Assembly: GCA_031414595.1 (NCBI GenBank)
Contig: JANNVX010000062.1
Coordinates: 1 to 34,862, forward strand
DNA length: 34,862 nt
Source of the DNA: Deinococcales bacterium
GTDB lineage: Bacteria; Deinococcota; Deinococci; Deinococcales; JAAFIG01
Direction: 5' to 3'
The notes beneath the pieces were generated by a model that had not been told where the DNA came from, did no database searches, and saw only the letters and a program-made list of their open reading frames with translations. Shown one piece after another: positions 20,801 through 27,882 of the stretch. The stretch's first letter is position 1; every line of letters begins with the position of its first letter. Position numbers and translations under genes: made by a program.

Positions 20801-20849
20801 CGAGCAGACGAATAGCAGGTTCTTGCACACGGCTACGTTCATAACTCAT
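17838..20849 (-). CDS. hsdR: Type I restriction endonuclease subunit R
   Basis: PD..ECK nuclease motif, HTQGSGKS, DEAHR, FTGTP, MLLTGFDAP and LLQAIARVNR. GGAGG RBS before ATG 20849. Confidence 0.96.
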   Translation of the reverse strand: MSYERSRVQEPAIRLLESLGWRYLPASVLPRDSKRSVWLGSVLEQKLLELNPWLLPEHLAYAVRRLTQPNATGLLEGNEELHTMLTRGLPIQGDFDGLPSRVAQFIDFDSPRKNDFVVTDEFRIWRSSAEDVADPNLVVPDIALFVNGILLAILECKDFVDGTELALAKGLRQLERYQGLGEFKALPAPRAFASVQVLGVICREAAVYAAVGAPARYFAPFPDSYPRSLEWLGMAMGLPIGQQPTAQDVLLYSVFAPENLLEFTELYTVFETEERRRIRKLARHQQRVAVDRSARRVIGADDFFSSQTHTLARSGSWRLEPTERGGVIWHTQGSGKSLTMVWLAAKLRQTRLGLQNPVLIMVTDRIDLDKQIVGVFLGAGLALPQRAKTVRELRELLKARVGSTIMTTVQKFQDAVAKGLVNNSSNVFALVDEAHRTQYGLLATSMRAALPNAVFIAFTGTPIDKKDRNTLHKFGAYIDKYTMLEAVRDGATVPIYYEGRDLETFSVTRFSIDEVFERWFSDYELDKREEIKAHFATIEAVAGAPARVRAIALDIIKHFEAFIAPNNFKAQIVVASREIAVKYKKALDEFGAPPSEVVFTANKNEPDFAPFMRSDGELNNLLERFKKDPEDPVKFLIVVDMLLTGFDAPLEQVLYLDKPLREHTLLQAIARVNRIAEGKDRGFVVDYWGVTDDLRDALSIFDPSDLQEVMRPHSQLLDELRNHHLATMRVFAGRQIPNTQALLLLGDALRRQEFETAFKRFARSLNALMPHKDSEPYLADFKWLARVRLEARVVIDRQSQPDWSGIAPKIRKLIDDSILADGVYQVVAPIDILSAQFDQAVQNLQSPEAQALEMAHAADAEIIAKFPQNPVFYASLRERLEDIIRSRRDGRTDAVAQVTALRELIERLRNAPVHRAKELGLSANAEAFFNLLEAAGVALPDLARQFEQIIKNLVVVDWLAKEDVKREMRRQLRRELRSTTLGKDQLEPLVGQIMDVAQSRLGQ

Positions 20850-20887
20850 GATGCCCTCCAATTCACATGACCCAGCACTAGGTTTTT

Positions 20888-21029
20888 GTCCTCCCCGCGA
20901 AGCAGGGGAGGTGGCAAGCGAAGCGCGTCGGAGGGGTCTCGCACAGCGTCTCTTCGTTTACGCGCCGCAGACCCCTCCGACTCTCGCAAGCTCGAGCCAC
21001 CTCCCACCTGTCTAACGACAGGGGAGGAC
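20888..21029. repeat. GC-rich composite inverted repeat (REP/REPIN-like) between hsdS and hsdR
   Basis: Perfect 13-bp stem GTCGGAGGGGTCT/AGACCCCTCCGAC, plus GGGAGGTGGC/GCCACCTCCC and GTCCTCCCC/GGGGAGGAC arms. Confidence 0.85.
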
Positions 21030-21102
21030 TTTTTAGCGCTGCACACGTTTTTCTTGATGAAGTCAGAATTTCTAAAACAAAAACCGCCCAGCCCAAGCAA
21101 AA

Positions 21103-22311
21103 TCATAATGCCCCCAGCAAGTACCGACCGGTTAAAAGAAACTGCATTAACCCTTTTTTGATTTGCTCGAGTTGCGAAATATAATCTTCTTCGCTGCGAA
21201 TTCGAGCATCAAAACTCGAGAGGATGGTAACAATTCGTTCTTGTTCCTCGAGTGGGGGAAGTGGAATAGGCATTTTCTCGAGCGTGCCAACGTTTAAGTT
21301 TTTTTGCGCTCCACCAGCTTGTCCAGCTTGAACAAATTTCTTTCCTTCTTCCGAGTTAATCCATAAACACAAATAATCAGGACGAAGGTATTCAAGTTTT
21401 GGTGTGGAGATAAGCGTCGTAAATGTTTGACAGCCATAAAATTCATCTGTTACAACTGCTGACGAGCCGGGATTACCAGTACGAACAGTGATGACATCGT
21501 TTTTTTGAATTCGTTTTTTCTTATGCTCAATGTCGAATTCTCGAGAAACATACATTAAATCAGAAGCATCTATATAGCCTTCTTTGATGTTCAAATTTCG
21601 CAAAATTGGTACGCCTTCGGATTTTTCTGCATACGCATGAGTTGCCGAAGAAGCAATTCCAACGCGAATTGAAGAACAAACCTCAAGAAGCGATTTTATT
21701 TCCCAATTTCCCAATAACAATTCTTCTGCTGTTCTATCCCTAATCTTTTTCCACCGCTCGAGCATTAGGCGGGAAGCACTTAGTAAATCATCCACGCTCG
21801 AGAGAACAGAAGCAATACGCACCTGCTCAGGCAAAGATTTTGGAAAAGCAATTTCTAGTCTCGAGAGTTTATCTTTGTTTAGTGTTTTCCCCTTTACTGC
21901 TTCATCAATTTCATCACCCAAATAAAGACATTGAAATGCTTGTGCTGCAAATTCATTTGAAATTTCTTGACCTCGAGGAACAAAAGCGGCTATTGCTTCA
22001 TTTGTATATAGTGGTTTTTTTGCAATAGAAATTCTTCCGAGTGTCAACTTAAAACTCATCAAAACAGTATTTATAGGAACACGTTTGACATTGGAGTGTC
22101 GGACACCCAAATCGGAAATATATTCTTTTGTATCGTAAATTTCTTTGTTTCGCATATCAGAAATTGATACCCAAAGATTATTAGATAGTTTTTCAATATC
22201 CCAGAACTTAGGCTCGCTTCTACTTGGCGTTCCACCGATACGAATATCAAATACCTCCTCGAGTTTCCTGATTTCCCAGCCTGTTGGTAAAATCTCTTTT
22301 TTCTTAGGCAT
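21103..22311 (-). CDS. hsdS: Type I restriction-modification specificity subunit
   Basis: Two TRDs, GGTPSR, PEQVRIASVLS, PLPPLEEQERIV and KKGLMQFLLTG conserved regions. AT-rich TRDs. Confidence 0.94.
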   Translation of the reverse strand: MPKKKEILPTGWEIRKLEEVFDIRIGGTPSRSEPKFWDIEKLSNNLWVSISDMRNKEIYDTKEYISDLGVRHSNVKRVPINTVLMSFKLTLGRISIAKKPLYTNEAIAAFVPRGQEISNEFAAQAFQCLYLGDEIDEAVKGKTLNKDKLSRLEIAFPKSLPEQVRIASVLSSVDDLLSASRLMLERWKKIRDRTAEELLLGNWEIKSLLEVCSSIRVGIASSATHAYAEKSEGVPILRNLNIKEGYIDASDLMYVSREFDIEHKKKRIQKNDVITVRTGNPGSSAVVTDEFYGCQTFTTLISTPKLEYLRPDYLCLWINSEEGKKFVQAGQAGGAQKNLNVGTLEKMPIPLPPLEEQERIVTILSSFDARIRSEEDYISQLEQIKKGLMQFLLTGRYLLGAL

Positions 22312-22546
22312 AAGCACCCGCCTCGAGCCAAATCATGCAGCACTTCCTAACAGGTTGTAGCAATTGTTCTAACCTGTTTCGTAGAACAATTTCAAAAACG
22401 TGCAAACTTGGATACAGTGCTTCTGCAAGACGAATGTTTTTTTCGTATTCTGCAAAAGTGAGTGGTATGTCACGTCCTTCAGGTCGGTATATCTCGAGTC
22501 TTTGGGGAGTGATTATTTGTTCAAGATTTTCGTAATTTATAGTCAT
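22304..22546 (-). pseudogene. Truncated Abi-like (Abi_2/HEPN) gene, N-terminal fragment only
   Basis: YEKNIRLAEALYPSLHVFEIVLRNRLE aligns with YQSNIRLSQALYPIMQQLEVVLRNQLE of the neighbour. Ends at ~80 aa without the RxxxxH motif. AAGGA RBS before ATG 22546. Confidence 0.75.
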
Positions 22547-22574
22547 TGACAATCCTTATTTTTCTTTGTATGCT
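22546..22574 (+). promoter_or_regulatory. Sigma70 promoter for small RNA 2
   Basis: TTGACA (22546-22551), 17 bp, TATGCT (22569-22574). Confidence 0.8.
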
Positions 22575-22580
22575 TCCATC

Positions 22581-22636
22581 GGTCCCCCAGTCCCGTCCTA
22601 TGTCTCCTTAGCGAGTTACGACCCTGGGGCTTTTTT
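22581..22636 (+). ncRNA. Candidate Abi-associated structured small RNA (copy 2)
   Basis: CCCCAG/CTGGGG closing stem, GTC/GAC stem, CTATG, inner hairpin and T6 tail. Homologous to 23359-23424. Confidence 0.7.
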
Positions 22637-23297
22637 ATGGTGTTTTTCCAAAAATACTGCTGTGGACTTTGCTAAACTGGTCCAATCGGCAACGCTCGAG
22701 CCACAGGGCTGCATGTGGGTTCATCCATGTTAAAAGTTGTTTGATGCTTTGGTATTTGTTTAGTAATAATGTGTCTTTCCAGATGATTTCGTAATGCGCG
22801 ATTCGGTTGCGTAATCGGCGTATATCATCAAGTTTCTGCCGAATTTGGCGAACGTGGCGTTGATTGGCTGTGGCAAATGGAAAAAGCGTTTTGTTATGTG
22901 GAATCCAAATAAATTGGTCATATCTTTGATCGAGTAAAGTTGTCCAGTAACCAAATGTCAGTTCAGCAACAACCATACTCGAGGTAATACGGCTATTTTT
23001 TCTTTGCAATGATTGGATTACATCAATCAGTTTTCTTTGTGCTATTGGGTCTAATCTGTTTTGAAAAACGGTGTCGTAAAACCATTGTTGTCCGTAATCT
23101 TGAATGAGTACAATTTCAAGTTGATTCCGTAGAACCACTTCGAGTTGCTGCATTATTGGATAAAGCGCTTGACTTAAACGAATGTTGCTTTGATAGTTTT
23201 TGAGTGCTTCAGCCATGTTTCTACTTGCTGTCATGTAAGGCTGTAATCGCTCTATAGAGAGTGACTGGATGATTTCGCTTTGTTTAAGTCTAAGCAT
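22635..23297 (-). CDS. Abi-like (Abi_2/AbiD-AbiF related) HEPN-domain protein, predicted RNase
   Basis: LSIERLQPY, LEVVLRN, VAELTFGYW and the HEPN motif RNRIAH. Confidence 0.85.
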   Translation of the reverse strand: MLRLKQSEIIQSLSIERLQPYMTASRNMAEALKNYQSNIRLSQALYPIMQQLEVVLRNQLEIVLIQDYGQQWFYDTVFQNRLDPIAQRKLIDVIQSLQRKNSRITSSMVVAELTFGYWTTLLDQRYDQFIWIPHNKTLFPFATANQRHVRQIRQKLDDIRRLRNRIAHYEIIWKDTLLLNKYQSIKQLLTWMNPHAALWLERCRLDQFSKVHSSIFGKTP

Positions 23298-23323
23298 ATT
23301 GGCTTGCCCTTTCTGTCAACTTG

Positions 23324-23352
23324 TTGACATGTTGATAAATTGTCAGTACACT
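23324..23352 (+). promoter_or_regulatory. Sigma70 promoter for small RNA 1
   Basis: TTGACA (23324-23329), 17 bp, TACACT (23347-23352). The -35 is the right arm of the palindrome TGTCAAC-TT-GTTGACA. Confidence 0.8.
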
Positions 23353-23358
23353 TCTTCT

Positions 23359-23424
23359 TGCAAGCCCCAGTGAAGCCCTATGGCGCTGAAAATGCGTTCA
23401 CCGGCCCTGGGGCAAGATTTTTTT
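23359..23424 (+). ncRNA. Candidate Abi-associated structured small RNA (copy 1)
   Basis: GCCCCAG/CTGGGGC closing stem, GCC/GGC stem, CTATG, GCGC/GCGT inner hairpin and T7 tail. Confidence 0.7.
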
Positions 23425-24935
23425 CATAATTCAAACCCTAAGTCGCGTAGGTGTTTATTCACTTCGGCTTCGGCAGTAGCCCGTTGCTGCTCGAGTTGGC
23501 GCAGTTTTTTAATTTCGGCTACTAAGTCTATTTCGGCTTCGGGTTCGGCGGTTGCCACATACCTCGAGATATTTAAGTTAAAGTCATTTTGCTTAATGTC
23601 TTGGAGTGTAACCACTTTGGCAAATTTGTCTTGGTCGGTAAAAACAGTGTAGGCGTGGTTGATGCGTTCAATGTCATCAAAGCGCAAGGTGTTTTGTTTT
23701 TTGCTTTCCTGGTAGTAGGCACTGGCATCTATAAACAGCACTTTGTTTTGCCGCTCGAGTTTTTTGGCGCGGTTAAAAATCAGGATTGCGGCGGGGATTC
23801 CAGTGCCGTAAAATAAGTTGCTGGGCAAGCTGATAATCGCTTCAAATAAGTCCTGCTCGAGAATACTTTGCCGAATTTTGGCTTCTGCCCCACCCCTAAA
23901 TAACACCCCATGCGGTACAATTACGCCAGCCCGTCCGGTCGCGTTGGTGGTGGCAATCATGTGTTGCACAAAGGCAAAATCGCCTTTACTTTTGGGTGGT
24001 ACGCCGTGGCTAAAGCGGCGGAATCCATCGCTTTCGGCGTGTTCGATGCCCCACTGGTCGAGGCTAAATGGTGGGTTGGCAATCACACGGTCAAAAAGCA
24101 TTAACGCCCCGTTTTCTTGCAGTAATCCCGGTGCGGCAATGGTGTCGCCACGAATAATGGTGGCATCTGGGAAGTCGTGCAGCAGCATATTCATTTTGCA
24201 GATTGCCCAAGTTCCAGCATTTTTTTCTTGTCCGTAAAGGGTCAGATTTAACGGTGCGCCTCGAGTTCTTGGCAGCAGTTTATCCACATACTTGGCACTT
24301 TCAATCAGCATTCCGCCACTGCCGCAAGTTGGGTCGCAGATTCGCATTCTGGGTTGTGGGTCTAAGAGGCAGACCAGCAGTTCCACCACGGTTTTTGGGG
24401 TGTAGAATTCACCACCTTTTTTGCCAGAATCATCAGCAAATTTCTCGATTAAGTATTCGTAAGCTCTGCCCATTAAATCAGGTTCGGCTAGGTTGTCGTT
24501 ACGCAGGTTTAATTTACTAAAGTGTTCAATTAACTTGCGGTGAATTCCGTCGGATTGGTTTAAGTCACCTAGTTTGCGTTCACTCAGAAAATCCAAGCCT
24601 CGGAATATTCCCTCGAGTTTTTCTGGGTTACTTTCCTCGAGTTGCTTAAAAGCAATGTTTAGGGCATCACCATAATTAGAACTAATGGTCTCGAGGTAAT
24701 TCCAACGCGACGGTTCTGGGACAAAGAAACGATGCTCGTCGGGTTCGTTATAGGCAAGGTCTGGGTCGTTGGTTTCGCTTAAAATTTTTTCGGCTTCTTC
24801 ATGAAAAACATCCGAAATGCGCTTTAAGAATAAGTAACCAAAAATAAAGTCTTTGTAGTCGCTCGAGTCTATGCTGCCGCGTAAAATATCGGCTGCGCCC
24901 CAGAGTTTATTAAAAAGTTCGTCGCTGTGTAACAT
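23424..24935 (-). CDS. hsdM: Type I restriction-modification N6-adenine methyltransferase subunit
   Basis: LWGAADILRG, GEFYTP, DPTCGSGG, NPPF, HGVLFRG and NLNISRY motifs. Confidence 0.97.
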   Translation of the reverse strand: MLHSDELFNKLWGAADILRGSIDSSDYKDFIFGYLFLKRISDVFHEEAEKILSETNDPDLAYNEPDEHRFFVPEPSRWNYLETISSNYGDALNIAFKQLEESNPEKLEGIFRGLDFLSERKLGDLNQSDGIHRKLIEHFSKLNLRNDNLAEPDLMGRAYEYLIEKFADDSGKKGGEFYTPKTVVELLVCLLDPQPRMRICDPTCGSGGMLIESAKYVDKLLPRTRGAPLNLTLYGQEKNAGTWAICKMNMLLHDFPDATIIRGDTIAAPGLLQENGALMLFDRVIANPPFSLDQWGIEHAESDGFRRFSHGVPPKSKGDFAFVQHMIATTNATGRAGVIVPHGVLFRGGAEAKIRQSILEQDLFEAIISLPSNLFYGTGIPAAILIFNRAKKLERQNKVLFIDASAYYQESKKQNTLRFDDIERINHAYTVFTDQDKFAKVVTLQDIKQNDFNLNISRYVATAEPEAEIDLVAEIKKLRQLEQQRATAEAEVNKHLRDLGFEL

Positions 24936-25514
24936 TTAGTTTTCTCCTTTGGCAAGTTGCAGCATGACTTCTTCAATCACTTTGCTGCGCTGCTCGAGTT
25001 CGATTTGTTTGAGTTTGGTTTCTTGTTCGTGTTGTAGGGCGATGGTCGCAATTTTTTGTTGAAGCTCGAGCGCTGGTATTGGAATTTTGATGCTGCCTAA
25101 GTCTTTTAGGTTGATTAGTTTGACGGTGCTTTGACTAAATAATGCTTGGGTTAATTGTTGCCCTAGGCTTGAGCGCAAAATAACGCACAGATACAGGGGG
25201 TGGATGTTTTTTCTGGGGCGTAGAATCCCAAGATTTTGCCCTGGTAGTGCGCCCGCTAATTCTGCTGGCACAAGGCTGGCGCGTAACGGCTGGGCGCGAA
25301 TGCCAATCAGAATATCGTTGGTTTGTAATCGGAAGCGCTCGAGTCGTGGTGGGATTTCGAGCGGAACGACTTCGACACTAAAAATCGGTACAACCAATTG
25401 CTCGAGGTGTCTGAGTTGAATCAGTTTTTCGAGTGGGGCATTGTCTTGTTGGGTCATGTGTGGCGCTTGGAACAAGTCGCCCAATGATTGGAGTAAGGCT
25501 GTAGGGCTTGACAT
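24936..25514 (-). CDS. Half-size (single TRD) HsdS-like protein
   Basis: LQTNDILI, HPLYL and INLKDLGSIKIPIPALELQQKIA conserved-region motifs. Immediately precedes hsdM. Confidence 0.8.
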   Translation of the reverse strand: MSSPTALLQSLGDLFQAPHMTQQDNAPLEKLIQLRHLEQLVVPIFSVEVVPLEIPPRLERFRLQTNDILIGIRAQPLRASLVPAELAGALPGQNLGILRPRKNIHPLYLCVILRSSLGQQLTQALFSQSTVKLINLKDLGSIKIPIPALELQQKIATIALQHEQETKLKQIELEQRSKVIEEVMLQLAKGEN

Positions 25515-25520
25515 GGCATA

Positions 25521-25549
25521 AGTATAGCAGGATATTTATAGTTTTGCAA
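25521..25549 (-). promoter_or_regulatory. Leaderless promoter of the R-M operon
   Basis: Minus strand TTGCAA-17 bp-TATACT with extended TG. ATG lies 6 nt downstream. Confidence 0.75.
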
Positions 25550-25606
25550 TACTCTAAAATATAAATATAAAATATCTTTATATTTGCAAAGTTTTTACAT
25601 ACTATC

Positions 25607-25635
25607 TTGACACCTCGTTACACTTATGCTACGGT
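25607..25635 (+). promoter_or_regulatory. Divergent promoter for the SSB-like/nuclease unit
   Basis: TTGACA-17 bp-TACGGT with extended TG. Confidence 0.6.
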
Positions 25636-25844
25636 AATTACATCCGAGCCAAGGACTCGTATTTATGAATTGGAATGCTTCTAGCCAAACGCAAAAAGCC
25701 CGAGATTAAGAAAACCCCGAGCTTCGAGCTTGTCATTGCAAATGCAACGCCTAGAGAACGTAAGCATAGCATGACAGCCGAACTTTTGGAAGCCCCTCGA
25801 GTCATTTTTTAGTGATTCGTGTTGTTATCTAAAGGAGGATTGAC

Positions 25845-26204
25845 ATGTCAATCCAAATAGAAAAAGCCCTCGAAGCGCAACTCGAGGCTGGTGTCCATAT
25901 TGCAACTTCGGTCAAAGTGACGCTTAAGAGTAAAATCGGGCGCAATGGTTCTTATGTTGCCTTAAACGTTGTTTTTTGCGATCAAAACGGTGCGACTGCC
26001 AGTTTAATGCTGCCCGAATTTACCCGTAAAATCCCCACGGCGTTTACAGCGCTTGGTAAACCAATGAACAGCCAGACCGACATCAGCCCCGAAGAACTTC
26101 TGGCTTTGCGTGGAATTAGCGCCGAGATTCATGTGGTTCACCGCCCAAGCAATGGCAAAATATACGCCAATGTCAGCAGCATTAACGGCATGGTGGTTGC
26201 ATGA
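25845..26204 (+). CDS. Hypothetical protein resembling phage OB-fold ssDNA-binding proteins (DUF669-like)
   Basis: AAGGAGG RBS. LEAGVHIAT N-terminus and LRGISAEIHVVH..GKIYANV C-terminus resemble this family, recognised by eye. Confidence 0.55.
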   Translation: MSIQIEKALEAQLEAGVHIATSVKVTLKSKIGRNGSYVALNVVFCDQNGATASLMLPEFTRKIPTAFTALGKPMNSQTDISPEELLALRGISAEIHVVHRPSNGKIYANVSSINGMVVA

Positions 26205-26956
26205 TTCGTATTCCGATTAGCCCCAGCAGCGCCGAATCTTATGCCCAATGCCCTCGTCGTTACGCTTTAGAGCATTACGACACCCCAAGCAACTTCCAAG
26301 AACCATTGCACACTGGCAATGCCTTGCACCGTACCTTCAAACATTGGATAGACGAAAAAACCAAAACAGGTACTTGGCTCGAGTTAGCCGAAATCAGCAG
26401 CGTCCTCAGTTCGTACTTGCGCGACTTTGATGCCAATAAACCACGCCCCAACCGCACCGAACTCGAGTTACTGCATGGAAATTGGCTCGAGAATGGTATT
26501 TACAAACTCGAGTCGTTTATGCGTAATGTCCAAAACCTGATAAATACTGCCAAGGTGATAGACACAGAGCGCTGGGTTAAACTCGACTTGCTTGTATCAA
26601 ACCAAGCTGTCCGAGCCACTGGCAAAGTGGATTTAATTCTTCAAGTTGGTACAGAAATTTGGATACTCGATTTTAAGTCTGGCAAAGTCAAAGCTGCGCT
26701 TCTACACAGTTACCCATTGGCACTCTACACCGCCACCGCCAGACTCGAGTACCCAAATATGCGTGTTCGAGCCTTTGAAGCCTACCTCGAGCCTTACCAA
26801 CTGCTCGAGTACAATACCGAACACCTTGAACCAGATTTAACAGCCTTGGCAGACATCACCCAAACAGCCTTTGCGGATAACACTTTTCCAATGCAGCCAA
26901 GTGGGTTATGTGCTTGGTGCGAGTTTTACGCAATTTGTCATCCGCGACTGAATTAA
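26201..26956 (+). CDS. PD-(D/E)XK RecB/Cas4-like nuclease with predicted Fe-S cluster
   Basis: SPSS..YAQCPRRY, GNALH, E..GKVDL..ILDFKSG and C-terminal CAWCEFYAIC. ATGA overlap with the upstream gene. Confidence 0.88.
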   Translation: MIRIPISPSSAESYAQCPRRYALEHYDTPSNFQEPLHTGNALHRTFKHWIDEKTKTGTWLELAEISSVLSSYLRDFDANKPRPNRTELELLHGNWLENGIYKLESFMRNVQNLINTAKVIDTERWVKLDLLVSNQAVRATGKVDLILQVGTEIWILDFKSGKVKAALLHSYPLALYTATARLEYPNMRVRAFEAYLEPYQLLEYNTEHLEPDLTALADITQTAFADNTFPMQPSGLCAWCEFYAICHPRLN

Positions 26957-27801
26957 GACTTTTTCCGCATCGCCTCGAGCATATCCCATTGCTCTTTGGT
27001 GACTTCATCAAGCACATTGAATTCCCCACCTGTCCAAGCGCTTTCGCCACCATCTATGGTAAAGACACTGCCGGTCACAAAACTCGAGTAATCCGAGACC
27101 AAATAACTTGCCATATTTGCCAGTTCGATGTGTTCGCCCATGCGCCGCAATGGAATTTGGCGCTCGAACAAATGCTCGAGTTCTTTACTTGGCATCAACC
27201 GACTCCAAGCGCCCTCGGTCGGAAAAGGACCCGGAGCAATCGCATTAAGCCTAATTTTGTACTTGCCCCATTCAGCCGCCAGGCTTTTGGTCATGGCAAC
27301 CACACCAGCTTTGGCGGCGGCGCTCGGCACAACGTAGCCACTGCCGCCAGCCGCATAGGTTGTGGCAATGTTGAGGACTGTACCAGCCATGCCAGCTTCT
27401 ATCCAACGCTTGCCTAACTCGAGTGTGCAGTAAAACGTTCCATGCAGCACAATCCCTAGTACCGCGTCTACAGCACGGTGTGAAAGGCGCTCAGTCGGTG
27501 AGATGAAATTGCCAGCCGCGTTATTTAATAGCACATCAATTCGCCCATAATGCGCCCAAACTTCATCTATCATGCGTTTGACGGCTTCGGGGTCGCGGAC
27601 ATCCACGCCTGTGGTGAAGACCTCGCCGCCGTGTTTAGCAGTCATTTGCAGCGCGACTGTCTCGAGCATTTCTTTGCGTCTCGAGGTAATCGCCACTTTT
27701 GCACCGAGTTCAAGAAAACTCTCGGTCATACTGCGTCCTAAGCCTGTGCCGCCGCCGGTGACAAGGATAACCTTGCCTGATAAAGAGTCTGGTAATAACA
27801 T
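26953..27801 (-). CDS. SDR oxidoreductase, 2,4-dienoyl-CoA reductase-like
   Basis: TGGGTGLG, NNAAGNF, SAAAKAGV and NAIAPGPF motifs. Confidence 0.9.
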   Translation of the reverse strand: MLLPDSLSGKVILVTGGGTGLGRSMTESFLELGAKVAITSRRKEMLETVALQMTAKHGGEVFTTGVDVRDPEAVKRMIDEVWAHYGRIDVLLNNAAGNFISPTERLSHRAVDAVLGIVLHGTFYCTLELGKRWIEAGMAGTVLNIATTYAAGGSGYVVPSAAAKAGVVAMTKSLAAEWGKYKIRLNAIAPGPFPTEGAWSRLMPSKELEHLFERQIPLRRMGEHIELANMASYLVSDYSSFVTGSVFTIDGGESAWTGGEFNVLDEVTKEQWDMLEAMRKKS

Positions 27802-27882
27802 GAGGGCTACAGTCTACCCGAGATTTCAACTCTGTGTTCTATGCGCTAACTCGAGAAGCCAAAAACCGTGTACGCTCGAGTC

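Noticed and set aside
20846-21161. Short ORFs between hsdS and hsdR
   Set aside because: They are translations of the GC-rich palindromic repeat.
22581-23424. Interpreting the two CCCCAG/CTGGGG hairpins as simple terminators of the minus-strand genes
   Set aside because: The T-tails are on the plus strand, each has a dedicated plus-strand promoter, and the internal sequence is conserved between copies beyond what a terminator needs.
26201-26956. Calling the nuclease cas4 of a CRISPR system
   Set aside because: There is no cas1/cas2 or array in the window. The motifs are shared by many RecB-family nucleases.
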